Shown: positions 34,641 to 45,437 of the stretch, piece by piece
Layout of the letters: every line of letters starts with the position of its first letter
How positions within the stretch are numbered: the stretch's first letter is position 1
NCBI GenBank assembly: GCA_964496005.1
Contig: CAZBWW010000004.1
Location: forward strand, 1-52,634
Origin: an uncultured Candidatus Saccharibacteria bacterium
Lineage (GTDB): Bacteria; Patescibacteriota; WWE3; UBA101185; UBA10185
Reading direction: 5' to 3'
Length of the DNA: 52,634 bases
Made by a program: the position numbers and the translations under genes
The notes under the pieces: model-generated
The model's input: the letters and a program-made list of their open reading frames with translations, nothing else
Databases searched by the model: none
What the model was told of the DNA's origin: nothing

Positions 34641-34687
34641 CTGCGGAGAGAATTGATTAGCAGAAATGCTCATCTCTTTCTCCGCAG
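34641..34687 (+). other. long-loop GC hairpin downstream of 34020..34622
   Basis: Stem CTGCGGAGA/TCTCCGCAG (9 bp) with a 29-nt loop. No T-run. Confidence 0.4.
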
Positions 34688-34823
34688 CCCGCAACGCCAC
34701 ACTAACCAGATAAAACGTAAAACGAAAGCCCGCCGTACAGCTGACTATACAGCTAAACAACCTTTCCCACATAAAAACCCGCAAATTGCTTTTACTAGCC
34801 AAAAATGGTATATATGCTGCTAC

Positions 34824-36599
34824 ATGGACGAAATCTCCCAAATTAAGCAAAATCTCAGTGTTGTCGATGTTATCGGCGGGTATATAGAAATAAAAAAAGC
34901 CGGCCGAAACTATAAAGCCAACTGTCCGTTTCATTCAGAAAAATCCGCGTCGTTTATGGTTTCGCCGGAATTACAAATATATAAGTGTTTTGGCTGTGGC
35001 GAGGCCGGGGACATATTCACATTCGTGCAAAAAATAGAAGGAATAGACTTCACAAGCGCGCTAACTATTCTCGCGGAAAAAGCCGGTGTTAAACTCGAGC
35101 CTAAACAATTCGACTCTACCGCAAAGGAAAAAGCAAAAATATTAGAAATTAACGCTACATCAGCAGATTTCTATCACCACATACTTACAAATCACACCCT
35201 TGGAGCACCGGCTTTGGACTATATAAAAAAAACTAGGCAGTTAGTCGCAAAAACAATCTCTGATTTTAATATAGGTTATGCGCCAAATACGTGGGATACA
35301 GTCGCAAAATATTTACTAAAAAGAAATTTTACCGAAGCAGAACTAGAGCTTGCGGGAATAGCGGTTAAAAGAAAGGCCGGTGACGGTTACATAGATAAAT
35401 TTAGAGATAGAATCATGTTTCCCTTAACGGGAATCGACGGAAAAATAGTCGGTTTTACAGGCAGAGCTTTGAAAAAAGACCAGGAACCAAAATATTTAAA
35501 CACACCTGAAACATTAATTTACCACAAAAGCTCGTATTTGTACGGCTTAGACAAAGCAAAGATCCATCTTAAAAACCAAGGCGTTGTCTTTGTAGAAGGT
35601 CAGATGGACGTAATAAGCGCGTTTCAAGCAGGAATTACTAACGTAGTGGCAACATCAGGCACCTCCCTCACCATAAATCAGTTAAAAATTTTAGCCAGGT
35701 ATACACAGGATATTACATTTGCATTTGATTCCGACACAGCAGGTCAAAACGCTACTTTACGGGCAATAGAACTCGCGGAAAACGAAGGTTTTAATATAAA
35801 TGTGGCAATAATCCCTGAAAACTATGCCGATTTGGATGAGTTAATTAAAGCCGACAAAGAAAATGCCAAAAAAATTCTATCAGATCCGGTCCCAATATAC
35901 GACTTTTTCCTTGCTGCAGCGCTCAAAAAATTTGATAAAACCACCGCGACAGGCAAAAAAAAGGTTATTGAGGAAATAGCTCCAAAATTTGCCAAAATCA
36001 AAAGCACTGTTGTTTTTGATCACTACATTAAGCATATTTCAGCAGAACTAAGCCTAAATGAAGACACTTTAAGGGCTATCATCCAAAATTCAGGCGCCGG
36101 GGACTTTGAGGAAAAACTTGCCAAAACAACCGTACCTGTGGTAAAAGATAGGAGCCTAAAAACTAAACAAGAGTATATACACGCATTATTATTTAATGCA
36201 CCTCTTGAAATAGCGCAAAATTATGTCCAAAAGCTAAATAAAAAAGACTTTACGGACGACGATTTACAGACCCTTTTTGCTGAGTTTAAAGACTATATAA
36301 TTGGTAGAAAGCATAAATTTAATATAAAATACTTTAGTGACAAGCTCAGCGATAATTTGAGGGAATTAACGGAGAGACTTTATATGTGGGACCTTGGCGA
36401 CTTGTTAGAAAACGAGGCCGAACTAGAGAGAGAGCTAAAAGCGGTTTTTAATAGAATAAAGCAAAACACAGTTTTTCGTGAACTTGCTGAAGCACAAGAA
36501 GAACTTAAAAAAGCTGAGTTAGAAAAAAATTTTGCAGAAATAGAAAATTTGTCTCAAAAGGTTTATAAATTATCAAAACAAAAAAACCAATATGACTAA
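34824..36599 (+). CDS. dnaG: DNA primase
   Basis: Zinc ribbon [30 protein letters not shown] and a TOPRIM domain ([18 protein letters not shown]). MDEISQIK start at 34824. The track ORF begins upstream at 34653. Confidence 0.95.
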   Translation: MDEISQIKQNLSVVDVIGGYIEIKKAGRNYKANCPFHSEKSASFMVSPELQIYKCFGCGEAGDIFTFVQKIEGIDFTSALTILAEKAGVKLEPKQFDSTAKEKAKILEINATSADFYHHILTNHTLGAPALDYIKKTRQLVAKTISDFNIGYAPNTWDTVAKYLLKRNFTEAELELAGIAVKRKAGDGYIDKFRDRIMFPLTGIDGKIVGFTGRALKKDQEPKYLNTPETLIYHKSSYLYGLDKAKIHLKNQGVVFVEGQMDVISAFQAGITNVVATSGTSLTINQLKILARYTQDITFAFDSDTAGQNATLRAIELAENEGFNINVAIIPENYADLDELIKADKENAKKILSDPVPIYDFFLAAALKKFDKTTATGKKKVIEEIAPKFAKIKSTVVFDHYIKHISAELSLNEDTLRAIIQNSGAGDFEEKLAKTTVPVVKDRSLKTKQEYIHALLFNAPLEIAQNYVQKLNKKDFTDDDLQTLFAEFKDYIIGRKHKFNIKYFSDKLSDNLRELTERLYMWDLGDLLENEAELERELKAVFNRIKQNTVFRELAEAQEELKKAELEKNFAEIENLSQKVYKLSKQKNQYD

Positions 36600-37899
36600 A
36601 AATACAACTAAGAAACCTACAAAAAAACAAAAAGTAGAAGCTGAGGGTATTGACACCGGGAACGAGCCGGAAAAAAAGAATACAAAGCTTTCGCAGGACG
36701 AGAAAAATATTAAAAGACTTATTACAAAAGGGAAAAAACGAGGTTATTTAACACAATCCGAGGTCTTGGAGTTTTTTCCAAATGCAGAGGATGACATTGA
36801 TGTGTTGGACTTTTTGTACGGGAAATTACTAGAAGCAAATATTGATGTGTATGATGTTGAGTCCGAAAAAGAAGCGCAGGAATTATCAGCGGAACGGTTA
36901 GACGTTACAAAAATAAAAACGGAACGCGCAACATCTATTGACCCGGTCAGAATGTATTTAAAAGAGATTGGGAAATCCGACTTACTTAAGGCTGATGAGG
37001 AGGTAGAGCTTGCAAAAAGAGTTGAGGTATTGCGATATAACAGAGCGTACCCGTTGCTCAAAAAGCAGCTAGGCAGAAAACCCCGCATAAACGAGCTGGC
37101 TCAAGAATTAAACGTAGACACCGAAACAGCAAAGGAAATAAGAGATAACACAAAAAACTATACGACCGCACAGTGTGAACAAGCTGAAAAAACATTAACC
37201 CAATCTAACCTAAGGCTTGTTGTGTCAATTGCAAAACGATACATGGGCCGTGGATTGTCGTTTTTGGACTTAATTCAGGAAGGTAACATCGGTTTAATGA
37301 AAGCGGTTGAAAAATTTGACTGGCGGCGCGGGTTTAAATTTTCTACATATGCAACTTGGTGGATTAGACAGGCTATTACCAGAGCTATTGCCGACCAAGC
37401 CCGGACAATCAGAATTCCTGTACACATGATTGAAACTATTAATAAATATAAAAAGGTGGCGCGCGAAATTGAACAGCGGTTAGAACGCCCGCCAAAACCG
37501 CACGAAGTTGCAAAAGAAATGGATATTGATATCGAACGGGCAAAAGAAATTGTAAAAATTATGCAAGATACTACTTCTTTGGAAAAAACTGTGGGACGGG
37601 AAGAAGATAGTACTTTAAAGGAGTTTATTAAAGATACATCCGTTGCGTCACCGTTTGATTCCGCGAGCCACGAATTGCTTAAAGGGCACATTGGAGATGT
37701 ACTTGCCACGTTGAACCCGCGCGAACAAAAAGTGTTGGAATTACGATTTGGCCTAAAAGACGGGCGAACAAGGACTTTGGAAGAAGTTGGCCGCGAGTTT
37801 GGTGTAACCCGTGAAAGAATAAGGCAGATTGAGGCTAAGGCGTTGAGAAAATTAAGACACCCCTCAAGAAGTAAGCGGTTACGGGATTATTTGGATTAA
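36592..37899 (+). CDS. rpoD: primary RNA polymerase sigma factor (sigma-70 family)
   Basis: Region 2 ([37 protein letters not shown]), region 3, and region 4 ([28 protein letters not shown]). Overlaps dnaG by 8 nt. Confidence 0.95.
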   Translation: MTKNTTKKPTKKQKVEAEGIDTGNEPEKKNTKLSQDEKNIKRLITKGKKRGYLTQSEVLEFFPNAEDDIDVLDFLYGKLLEANIDVYDVESEKEAQELSAERLDVTKIKTERATSIDPVRMYLKEIGKSDLLKADEEVELAKRVEVLRYNRAYPLLKKQLGRKPRINELAQELNVDTETAKEIRDNTKNYTTAQCEQAEKTLTQSNLRLVVSIAKRYMGRGLSFLDLIQEGNIGLMKAVEKFDWRRGFKFSTYATWWIRQAITRAIADQARTIRIPVHMIETINKYKKVAREIEQRLERPPKPHEVAKEMDIDIERAKEIVKIMQDTTSLEKTVGREEDSTLKEFIKDTSVASPFDSASHELLKGHIGDVLATLNPREQKVLELRFGLKDGRTRTLEEVGREFGVTRERIRQIEAKALRKLRHPSRSKRLRDYLD

Positions 37900-37905
37900 A
37901 CCGCC

Positions 37906-39180
37906 CTAACCCGACCGTAAAATCTTTCGTGTTTCGCTTTTAAAACTCTCCACATTCGGTTGGTCAAACGCGTTCACCTCAAGTAACCACCCCAGATACA
38001 TCATCTCAATCATTTTAAATTGCATAACTTTGCCAAGCGACCTTTCACTAAGATCAGTAAGCTCAACTTCTACAAACGGAATTTCTGCCTTCTCGTAGGC
38101 AATTTTCACACCTGTAAACAACGCGTCCATAATTTCACTTGCGGTTTTACTGCGTAACTCATCGGCAAGCATAGAAAATATCGGTTTTTGCGGAACTTGT
38201 GGCTCATCTTCCTTCCAATGCGCGGAGATAAATGTAAAAAATTTATCTCTTTTCCCACCAAGGTATAACTGCCCTAAAGAATGCAAATCCGCAGAGCCTA
38301 CTGAAACCGTCGGCGTAAACCCAATTCCTTCTTTCCCGATGCTTTCGCCCATTAATTGCCGGTACCATTTACCCAATGACTCCAGTTCCGGATGAAACAC
38401 AAAAGTATCGTGTATTAGCTTAAGTTTGCGGTAGTTTAGAAATAAAATAATTGCAGATACAGCCGCAGGATTTTTTAGAATATTTTTATCCAGACACGCT
38501 GAACGTACATCCATTGCGCCTTCCAGTAAATTATAAATATTTACACCCACACACATCAACGGAAACAGCCCAACCGGCGAAAATACGGAATACCGTCCGC
38601 CGACGTTTTTTGGAATCGGCAATGCGGGAATGTTTTGGTCTTTTGCGGTTTGCCATAGCTCGGAGTCATAGTCGGTTGTCATTACAAGACGGTCTTTAAA
38701 CTTAGACTTCGGTCCCAACAGTATTTCCAGATTTGCAATAGTTTCCGTAGTTTTTCCGGACTTGCTAACAACATTTATTATTAACTCGTGCGGAGAAATG
38801 GTACCCAAAAACTGCTTCAATTTGTACAGGTAATGCGGATCATTTGTGTCTGCAAATACTATTTTTGGGAAACGGTTCGGCTCAACCACATCAAAATAGC
38901 CGTAGAGCGCATCGTAAATTGCTTTGGTACCGAGATTCGACCCCCCAATGCCAATGTCCAGCACATAATTTAAATTTGGACCGGTCATTTTTTCCTTAAT
39001 CTTAAACGCCGCTTTTACCATATCTTCGTCAAACGGCAAATTTAGCGAACTTTCAGGGTATTTATAATTATGCGCGGTTGCAACTTTTTTAAGGTGTTTA
39101 ATGTAATCCTGCAGTAATTCGCCGATTGTTACAATTTCGTGCTCTTCAACTAATGAGGTATTTTTATATTTAAAGATCAT
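37906..39180 (-). CDS. pgi: glucose-6-phosphate isomerase
   Basis: Motifs IGIGGSNLG and SKSGKTTETIAN. 424 aa. Confidence 0.9.
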   Translation of the reverse strand: MIFKYKNTSLVEEHEIVTIGELLQDYIKHLKKVATAHNYKYPESSLNLPFDEDMVKAAFKIKEKMTGPNLNYVLDIGIGGSNLGTKAIYDALYGYFDVVEPNRFPKIVFADTNDPHYLYKLKQFLGTISPHELIINVVSKSGKTTETIANLEILLGPKSKFKDRLVMTTDYDSELWQTAKDQNIPALPIPKNVGGRYSVFSPVGLFPLMCVGVNIYNLLEGAMDVRSACLDKNILKNPAAVSAIILFLNYRKLKLIHDTFVFHPELESLGKWYRQLMGESIGKEGIGFTPTVSVGSADLHSLGQLYLGGKRDKFFTFISAHWKEDEPQVPQKPIFSMLADELRSKTASEIMDALFTGVKIAYEKAEIPFVEVELTDLSERSLGKVMQFKMIEMMYLGWLLEVNAFDQPNVESFKSETRKILRSG

Positions 39181-39363
39181 GCTATGCCTTATTTCCGCCT
39201 ATTTTTTATACCTACCCTATTTATACTTATTTTATTTCTGTCTACACTTACTATTACAAACTATTAACTGCCGAGGTTACGGGAATTTATCGTTATAGTG
39301 GCTCGGGCAGTAGTGGTTATAGTATACAACACAATTGATACAGTTAATTGATCAGTGGTAAAA

Positions 39364-40005
39364 TTAACTAAAGTACTGTTTTCCCGCGAAATACATTGTA
39401 GAAACAAGAACACCAAACCCGAAACCAATAATAATATTAACGAGTACATTTCTATATCCCTCTTTTACTATCGGGTGATCACTTACAGCTACAACCACTA
39501 AATTCGGATCTCCTTGCTCACTTAGTTTTTGACTTGCAAGCATAACTTCGTCTACCAACGTGGTCCAGATCTTTTCTGCAGAGGCAGAAGGTAATCCTTT
39601 AACTGTTACGACAACAAGTTGTGGTGCGTGTTTTTTTGCTGATACTGCGCGCCCGAGTTTTCGCAAATTTGCCTCACTTACTGAGATGCTTAACGTATCT
39701 AACACTTTACTTTTTATGTCCGCGCTTTCGATTAACCCAATTAGTGTGGAGGTGTAAGATAATGCATTTTGCTGGGCATAGTATCCTTCGTACGAAAAAA
39801 AGCCGTCCTCTACGCTTTCGGGAGAAAACGTTGTACCCGGTTCAGGCTGTTCGATTTTACGAGTTACAAATAATGTACCTGTAGCACTGTACTTCGGCGG
39901 CAATAAAAAATAAATCACAACACCAACTAATGCAAAACTGACTCCGGTACCCAAAATAGCAATTTTATTTTTGGCAAAAAACTTAGAAAGTTCTTTTAGG
40001 GTCAT
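39364..40005 (-). CDS. Wzz-like polysaccharide chain-length determinant family protein
   Basis: 213 aa: N-terminal TM followed by PPKYSATGTLFV, and a C-terminal TM. Confidence 0.65.
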   Translation of the reverse strand: MTLKELSKFFAKNKIAILGTGVSFALVGVVIYFLLPPKYSATGTLFVTRKIEQPEPGTTFSPESVEDGFFSYEGYYAQQNALSYTSTLIGLIESADIKSKVLDTLSISVSEANLRKLGRAVSAKKHAPQLVVVTVKGLPSASAEKIWTTLVDEVMLASQKLSEQGDPNLVVVAVSDHPIVKEGYRNVLVNIIIGFGFGVLVSTMYFAGKQYFS

Positions 40006-40190
40006 TTTTGTGTGGGCGGGAACTAGGTTGTTACGCGTTTACTTTTTTTCCGTTGATTGCGTTTTCTTCTGTTTTTTTGTGAATCGTTTCGCTTTTTTTT
40101 GATTGACATAATGGTTTGTAGTATAGCACGGAAGCGACCTGTGGCGTATCTGTTTCGTCTTCTCCCAAGATTTGTTTTGCTTATGGGTTT

Positions 40191-41312
40191 TTATGCTGTA
40201 ATTACCGCTAGCTCAACTAACCGGTTGCTGTACCCCCATTCGTTGTCATACCAAGCTAAAATTTTGACTAAATCTCCATCTATGACTTTCGTCATTGCCA
40301 AATCAACTATCGCAGAAAAAGGACTACCAATAACATCAGACGATACAATAGGTTCATAAGTAGCGGCCAGTACATTTTCATAAAATGGGTTTTTTGAGGC
40401 GGCTATAAAGGCATTGTTTACCTCATCAACTGTAGTTTTTTTTCCTACCAAAAAAGCAAGATCGGACAACGATCCTGTAATAATAGGTACCCGAATTGCA
40501 ATCCCATCAAACTTACCGGTTAATTCGGGTAATACATCTGCGATAGCTTTCGCGGCACCGGTATCTGTTGGGATCATGTTCCACCCCGCGGCGCGAGCAC
40601 GCCGTAAATCGGGTTTGCGCGGGTTTGGCGGACCGTCTACTAAATTTTGCCCCGCAGTTACAGCATGCACTGTTGTCAAAGCTGATTTTAGTACTGTAAA
40701 TTCTTTGTGCATTACTGCCATTACAGGTGATACGCAGTTAGTTGTACAGGACGCGTTAGAAATGATTTTTTCGTCTGTATAGTCTTCTTGATTAACTCCT
40801 AGTAAAAAAGTTTGGGTTTCGCCTCCTTTTGTAGGCGCGGATACTACAACTTTTTTCGCCCCGGCTTTTAGATGTGCACCGGCTGAATCATTTTCGACAA
40901 ATAAACCGGTACATTCCAGAACAACATCCACATCCAGCTCTTTCCACGGCAGTTTCGCAGGCTCTTTTTCTGATAACACTCTAGTTTTGTGTACTTTTCC
41001 ATCTGTATCTGCAACCTCTAAATATGTTTCGATTGCTGTTGCTGTAAAAAAATCCTTTTCACCGCGATAGCTTTCCAGTCTCACTTTTTTGCCATCTTCT
41101 TCTAACTGCACTTTATGGGGATATATCCCGTATGCAGAGTCGTATTTAAGTAAATGGCCTAAAACTCTGGGATTAGCTAAATCATTAATTGCAACTATTT
41201 CGGCATTTGGTTTTTGGAGTGCAACTTTATACGCGGCACGACCAATCCGACCAAAGCCGTTTATCGCTATTTTCACTTTATTTTGGTTATTTTGGGTGTG
41301 TTGGGCAGACAT
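40191..41312 (-). CDS. gap: glyceraldehyde-3-phosphate dehydrogenase
   Basis: Motifs INGFGRIGR, SNASCTTNC and WYDNEWGYS. TATAGT lies 6 nt upstream of the ATG. Confidence 0.95.
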   Translation of the reverse strand: MSAQHTQNNQNKVKIAINGFGRIGRAAYKVALQKPNAEIVAINDLANPRVLGHLLKYDSAYGIYPHKVQLEEDGKKVRLESYRGEKDFFTATAIETYLEVADTDGKVHKTRVLSEKEPAKLPWKELDVDVVLECTGLFVENDSAGAHLKAGAKKVVVSAPTKGGETQTFLLGVNQEDYTDEKIISNASCTTNCVSPVMAVMHKEFTVLKSALTTVHAVTAGQNLVDGPPNPRKPDLRRARAAGWNMIPTDTGAAKAIADVLPELTGKFDGIAIRVPIITGSLSDLAFLVGKKTTVDEVNNAFIAASKNPFYENVLAATYEPIVSSDVIGSPFSAIVDLAMTKVIDGDLVKILAWYDNEWGYSNRLVELAVITA

Positions 41313-41412
41313 ATACTAACTATATTATACAAACTTAAGTGCTTAATATGAAGCTTATTTTTTGGTTGTTGGTTTTTAGCAAAAAAAACTAGTACAAAAC
41401 AGAATTATGAAA

Positions 41413-41679
41413 TTATGAAATGTGCTGATCTAGCCAACTCTTAAGCACATCTTTAGGCATGGCTCCCAACTTCCTAGCAATTTCTTTTCCTTCTTCTAGA
41501 ATAACAAAAGTTGGAATGCTCATAATTCCGAATTGCGCCGCTGTTGTAGTATCGGTCTCAACATCAATCTTCTTAAAATCGACTTTTCCTTCATATTCGG
41601 GCTTTATTTCTACGAATATGGGATCCATCATCTTGCACGGTCCACACCAGTCCGCATAAAAATCAATTAAAGTAATCAT
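41413..41679 (-). CDS. trxA: thioredoxin (short, 88 aa)
   Basis: WCGPC active site. SD GAGGA lies 7 nt upstream. Confidence 0.9.
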   Translation of the reverse strand: MITLIDFYADWCGPCKMMDPIFVEIKPEYEGKVDFKKIDVETDTTTAAQFGIMSIPTFVILEEGKEIARKLGAMPKDVLKSWLDQHIS

Positions 41680-41757
41680 TTGCCAGGTCCTCTAAACTTT
41701 CTTTGCAACTTAGTACTTGCTACCTAAAAAGTAGATACGAAACTATGATACCATATC

Positions 41758-42780
41758 ATGGTTATGCAAAATGGAAAAGGGTATTTTTACGTTTTGTGCG
41801 GAATTATATTGGCTGGGGTTGTTACTACTATTGTTTTTTATGTTTTTCAGTTAAATGAGAATGAAAATCAGGAATCCCTGCACGGATATATTGATGAGAA
41901 GCAGCTCGCTGACCGAAAAAAATACTTTGAGACGTTAGTTAATTCTTATGACCCTGAGCCGTTATGGACACCAAAATACAGCGCGGGAGGCTCTCCCGTT
42001 AACTCAAGTGTTACCTCCGGAATAGAAACACCTGAAATTCAAGCACTGGCGGGAATGATTATTGATCTTAGATCCGGAAGTGTACTTTTTGAAAAGAATT
42101 CAACTGAAAGACGACCGATTGCAAGTTTGGTAAAAATAATGACGGCAATTATTGTTTTGGAACACGCCGAATTAGAAGATGAGGTTATTATAAGTACCCG
42201 AGCAGCCCAAATAGGAGAAAATACGATGGCATTAACAGCCGGTGAGGTATATACGGTAAAAGAGCTGCTGTATGGGCTGATATTAAACTCCGGTAATGAT
42301 GCTGCATACGCGTTAGCTGAAAAAGTCGCGGGAGATGAGATGGTTTTTACCTACTGGATGAATCTAAAGGCTGGTGAATTAGGATTAACGGACACTTACT
42401 TTGCTGAACCTAGCGGACTTGATGACAACAGTTACAGCACGCCAAAAGATTTACTTAAGTTAACAAGATACGCTCTAAAAAGCCCTATATTTAGAGAATT
42501 GGCTAAAACCGTGGAAATTGAACTTACAGGAACAAAGCATAAAAACACACCTCTATATAATCAGACTAATCTTCTTACCACCTATCCGGGAGTGGCGGGT
42601 GTTAAAACAGGCTACACCGAAAAAGCCGGTTTGTGTTTAGTTTCATACGCTGAAAATGCTGGAAAAGAAATTGTTGGCGTTGTGTTAAATAGCCCAGACA
42701 GAAAAGGAGATATGATCCTTTTACTTGATCACGGGTTTAGGAGTCTAGGAGTTGAAATCGAACATACTCTCCTGGATTAA
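41758..42780 (+). CDS. D-alanyl-D-alanine carboxypeptidase (S11, PBP5/6-like) with N-terminal anchor
   Basis: Motifs SLVK (SxxK), SGND (SxN) and KTGYT (KTG). Confidence 0.9.
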   Translation: MVMQNGKGYFYVLCGIILAGVVTTIVFYVFQLNENENQESLHGYIDEKQLADRKKYFETLVNSYDPEPLWTPKYSAGGSPVNSSVTSGIETPEIQALAGMIIDLRSGSVLFEKNSTERRPIASLVKIMTAIIVLEHAELEDEVIISTRAAQIGENTMALTAGEVYTVKELLYGLILNSGNDAAYALAEKVAGDEMVFTYWMNLKAGELGLTDTYFAEPSGLDDNSYSTPKDLLKLTRYALKSPIFRELAKTVEIELTGTKHKNTPLYNQTNLLTTYPGVAGVKTGYTEKAGLCLVSYAENAGKEIVGVVLNSPDRKGDMILLLDHGFRSLGVEIEHTLLD

Positions 42781-43360
42781 TACTATTAGTTTCCGTCCAC
42801 CCGCCATTTACTTCCAAAATGTACAGTGCGGGGGTCTTGGGCGCGTGTGTAGGACAAGCCAAAACGGTACACGGCTGTGCGTTTCTTTTTATATCTACAA
42901 TTTTATGCTCTGAATCTATCCATATCATATCAAGTGGGATTTTTGTGTTCTTCATCCAAAATGCATACAGCCCTTCTGAGTCATATACAAACAACATACC
43001 TTCGTTAGTGCCTAAGTTTTGTCTTTCCATTAATCCGCGTGTTTTTTCTTCTGGAGTACTGGCAACTTCAGCTTTAATGAGCTGGTCACCTATAACAACT
43101 TCTACAAAATCATCGGCCGCGAGCACGGTTTTTGTGTTAGTTTTTACTGAATCTTCGACTACTGAATCTTCTATTGTAGAGTTTTGCGCTAGTTGCTCAA
43201 AATTTTCATACCCATATAGCGCAAATAATTTCTTCCGTGTTTCTTTAACCTCACGTTCAGCAGGAATAACATCAGCCATCACTTTTACATAATAGCCAAA
43301 AACTAATGCGACTAAAAACATGCAGACAAGACCAAATTTTGTGAATGCGCCAAAAAACAT
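42737..43360 (-). CDS. DUF192 (COG1430) domain protein with N-terminal anchor
   Basis: Pattern GMLFVYD...FWMKNTKIPLDMIWID. TGgTATTAT lies 6 nt upstream of the ATG. The 3' end overlaps the convergent carboxypeptidase gene by 44 nt. Confidence 0.8.
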   Translation of the reverse strand: MFFGAFTKFGLVCMFLVALVFGYYVKVMADVIPAEREVKETRKKLFALYGYENFEQLAQNSTIEDSVVEDSVKTNTKTVLAADDFVEVVIGDQLIKAEVASTPEEKTRGLMERQNLGTNEGMLFVYDSEGLYAFWMKNTKIPLDMIWIDSEHKIVDIKRNAQPCTVLACPTHAPKTPALYILEVNGGWTETNSINPGEYVRFQLLDS

Positions 43361-43366
43361 ACGTCA

Positions 43367-43375
43367 ATAATACCA
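43367..43375 (-). promoter_or_regulatory. extended -10 (TGgTATTAT) 6 nt upstream of ATG 43360
   Basis: Reverse complement read directly. Confidence 0.55.
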
Positions 43376-43386
43376 ATATATTAGCG

Positions 43387-43395
43387 TGATATCAT
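43387..43395 (+). promoter_or_regulatory. extended -10 (TGaTATCAT) 6 nt upstream of GTG 43402
   Basis: Read directly. It lies in a 41-nt divergent intergenic region. Confidence 0.55.
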
Positions 43396-43401
43396 TAGCC
43401 T

Positions 43402-45405
43402 GTGAAAAATTTAACCACCAAAGCCGTGCAAGAGAAAAAAGAAACAACCTCTGTTTTGCAGGGATTAAACGAACAGCAAATACCGGCCGTAACTCATCTG
43501 GAAGGACCGGCTCTGGTAGTTGCGGGTCCGGGCAGCGGAAAAACACGTGTTTTAACTCATAGAGTCGCATATTTAATTTTAGAGCACGGTGTACCCGAAA
43601 ACGCTATTTTATGCGTAACTTTCACTAATAAAGCTGCGGGTGAGATAAAACACAGAGTAGAGAAGTTACTTTCACATGCGGAATTACAGTTTAACAAACT
43701 ATACTGGAGCGGAACTTTTCACTCAATATGTTCAAAAATTCTCAGAAAGGACGGCCATGTCATAGGAATTCCACCTTCTTTTGTTATTTATGATACAGAA
43801 GATCAACTTGCATTAATAAAACAAATAATCAAAGATTTTGGCATAGATCAAAAGCAAGCTAATCCGAAAGCGGTATTAGCAACAATTTCAAGTGCAAAAT
43901 GTGAATTGATTGGTCCGGATGATTATGTGCAATACGCACACGGCTATTACCAAAGAACAGTAGCAAAGATTTATCCTGAATATCAAAAAAGACTTAAGGC
44001 AAACGACGCGCTTGATTTTGACGACCTTCTTGTAGATGTCGTTAATCTGTTTTCGGTGCAAAATTCCCGCGGTGAATACCCCGTACTGGAAAAATACCAA
44101 AATACTTTTAACTATGTGTTAGTTGATGAATATCAAGATACAAATAAAGCGCAATATATTCTCACCAAGCTGCTTAGTGAGAAATCCACTAACCTATTCG
44201 TCGTAGGAGATATGTCTCAAGCAATTTATGCTTTTAGGGGCGCTGATTTTCGAAACATCCTAAATTTCCAAAAAGACTTCCCGGAGGCAAAAGTATACAA
44301 CCTTGAGAGAAATTACCGCTCAACACAGACTATTTTAGATGCCGCAAACCACATTATTAAAAACAACTCCTCACATATTAAGTTGGATTTATGGACAGAA
44401 AACGAAGGAAAAGAAAAACTTTGTTTATATGTTGCGGGTGATGAGGTTGAAGAAGCAAATTTTGTGGTAAATCAAATTGTTGAGGCCCTTGCAAGTGGAA
44501 AAAATTATGACGATATTGCCGTCTTATACCGCACCAATGCCCAATCCAGAAATATAGAGGAGCATTTGATAAAAAGTAACCTTCCTTACAGAATTGTCGG
44601 TGGGTTTAGGTTTTATGCCAGAAAGGAAGTTAAAGATGTAATCGCTTATTTACGGGTTATACATAACCCAAAAGACTCGGTCTCCTGGAAACGAATAATT
44701 AATGTCCCGCCACGAGGCATAGGCAAAAAAGCTGAAGAAAGACTGAAAGATTCAGGTTGGGACTTGACCGAGGTACAGAAAGCTACAGGCTTACCGTTTA
44801 TAGACTGGGTTAAAAATAAAGAAAGGTTGTCTACAGACGAATTGATGGATCAGGTGTTAGCCGCAAGCGGGTACATTAAGTGGCTGGATGACGGCTCAGA
44901 CGAAAATTTAAGTAGAATAGAAAACATAAAAGAATTACGATCTGTTGCAGCTATTTTTGTAAATTTGGAGGATTTTCTGGAAAACGTTGCTCTTATTGAG
45001 AGTACCGATAAACCAGAAACAAAGGACGTTAGTGCGATTACATTAATGACAATCCACGCAAGTAAAGGTTTAGAATTTTCTATTGTTTTTATAATTGGGA
45101 TGGAAGAAGGTTTATTCCCACATTCCAGATCGTTAATGGAATTGGCTGAATTGGAGGAAGAACGAAGGTTGTGTTATGTAGCAATAACCCGGGCAAAAGA
45201 AAAAGTTTATCTGACTCAGGCTAGGCAGCGTCTCTATTTTGGCAGAACCGAAGCAAATATACCTAGTAGATTCATTGGTGAAATTCCGGAAAATTTAATG
45301 GAAAAGACGGGTAATATTATAAATGGAAATAGTTTAGAACATACAAAAATGGTTAACGACTTTTTAGATGAGGAGATTGACCGCAAGAATTTTTCTTGGG
45401 ACTAA
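43402..45405 (+). CDS. pcrA: ATP-dependent DNA helicase, UvrD/PcrA family
   Basis: Motifs AGPGSGKT, TFTNKAA, VDEYQDTN, NYRS and TIHASKGLEF. 667 aa, GTG start. Confidence 0.9.
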   Translation: MKNLTTKAVQEKKETTSVLQGLNEQQIPAVTHLEGPALVVAGPGSGKTRVLTHRVAYLILEHGVPENAILCVTFTNKAAGEIKHRVEKLLSHAELQFNKLYWSGTFHSICSKILRKDGHVIGIPPSFVIYDTEDQLALIKQIIKDFGIDQKQANPKAVLATISSAKCELIGPDDYVQYAHGYYQRTVAKIYPEYQKRLKANDALDFDDLLVDVVNLFSVQNSRGEYPVLEKYQNTFNYVLVDEYQDTNKAQYILTKLLSEKSTNLFVVGDMSQAIYAFRGADFRNILNFQKDFPEAKVYNLERNYRSTQTILDAANHIIKNNSSHIKLDLWTENEGKEKLCLYVAGDEVEEANFVVNQIVEALASGKNYDDIAVLYRTNAQSRNIEEHLIKSNLPYRIVGGFRFYARKEVKDVIAYLRVIHNPKDSVSWKRIINVPPRGIGKKAEERLKDSGWDLTEVQKATGLPFIDWVKNKERLSTDELMDQVLAASGYIKWLDDGSDENLSRIENIKELRSVAAIFVNLEDFLENVALIESTDKPETKDVSAITLMTIHASKGLEFSIVFIIGMEEGLFPHSRSLMELAELEEERRLCYVAITRAKEKVYLTQARQRLYFGRTEANIPSRFIGEIPENLMEKTGNIINGNSLEHTKMVNDFLDEEIDRKNFSWD

Positions 45406-45412
45406 TTAAATA

Positions 45413-45433
45413 GTGTGTATAAGTTATACACAC
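45413..45433. terminator. bidirectional hairpin between convergent pcrA and the methyltransferase gene
   Basis: Stem GTGTGTATA/TATACACAC (9 bp) with a 3-nt loop, inside a 32-nt gap. Confidence 0.55.
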
Positions 45434-45437
45434 AGCT

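Noticed and set aside
39264-39449. 61-aa hydrophobic minus-strand ORF overlapping the end of the Wzz-like gene
   Set aside because: Its hydrophobic part is an out-of-frame reading of the Wzz C-terminal TM segment. There is no promoter or SD. I keep it only as a remote possibility.
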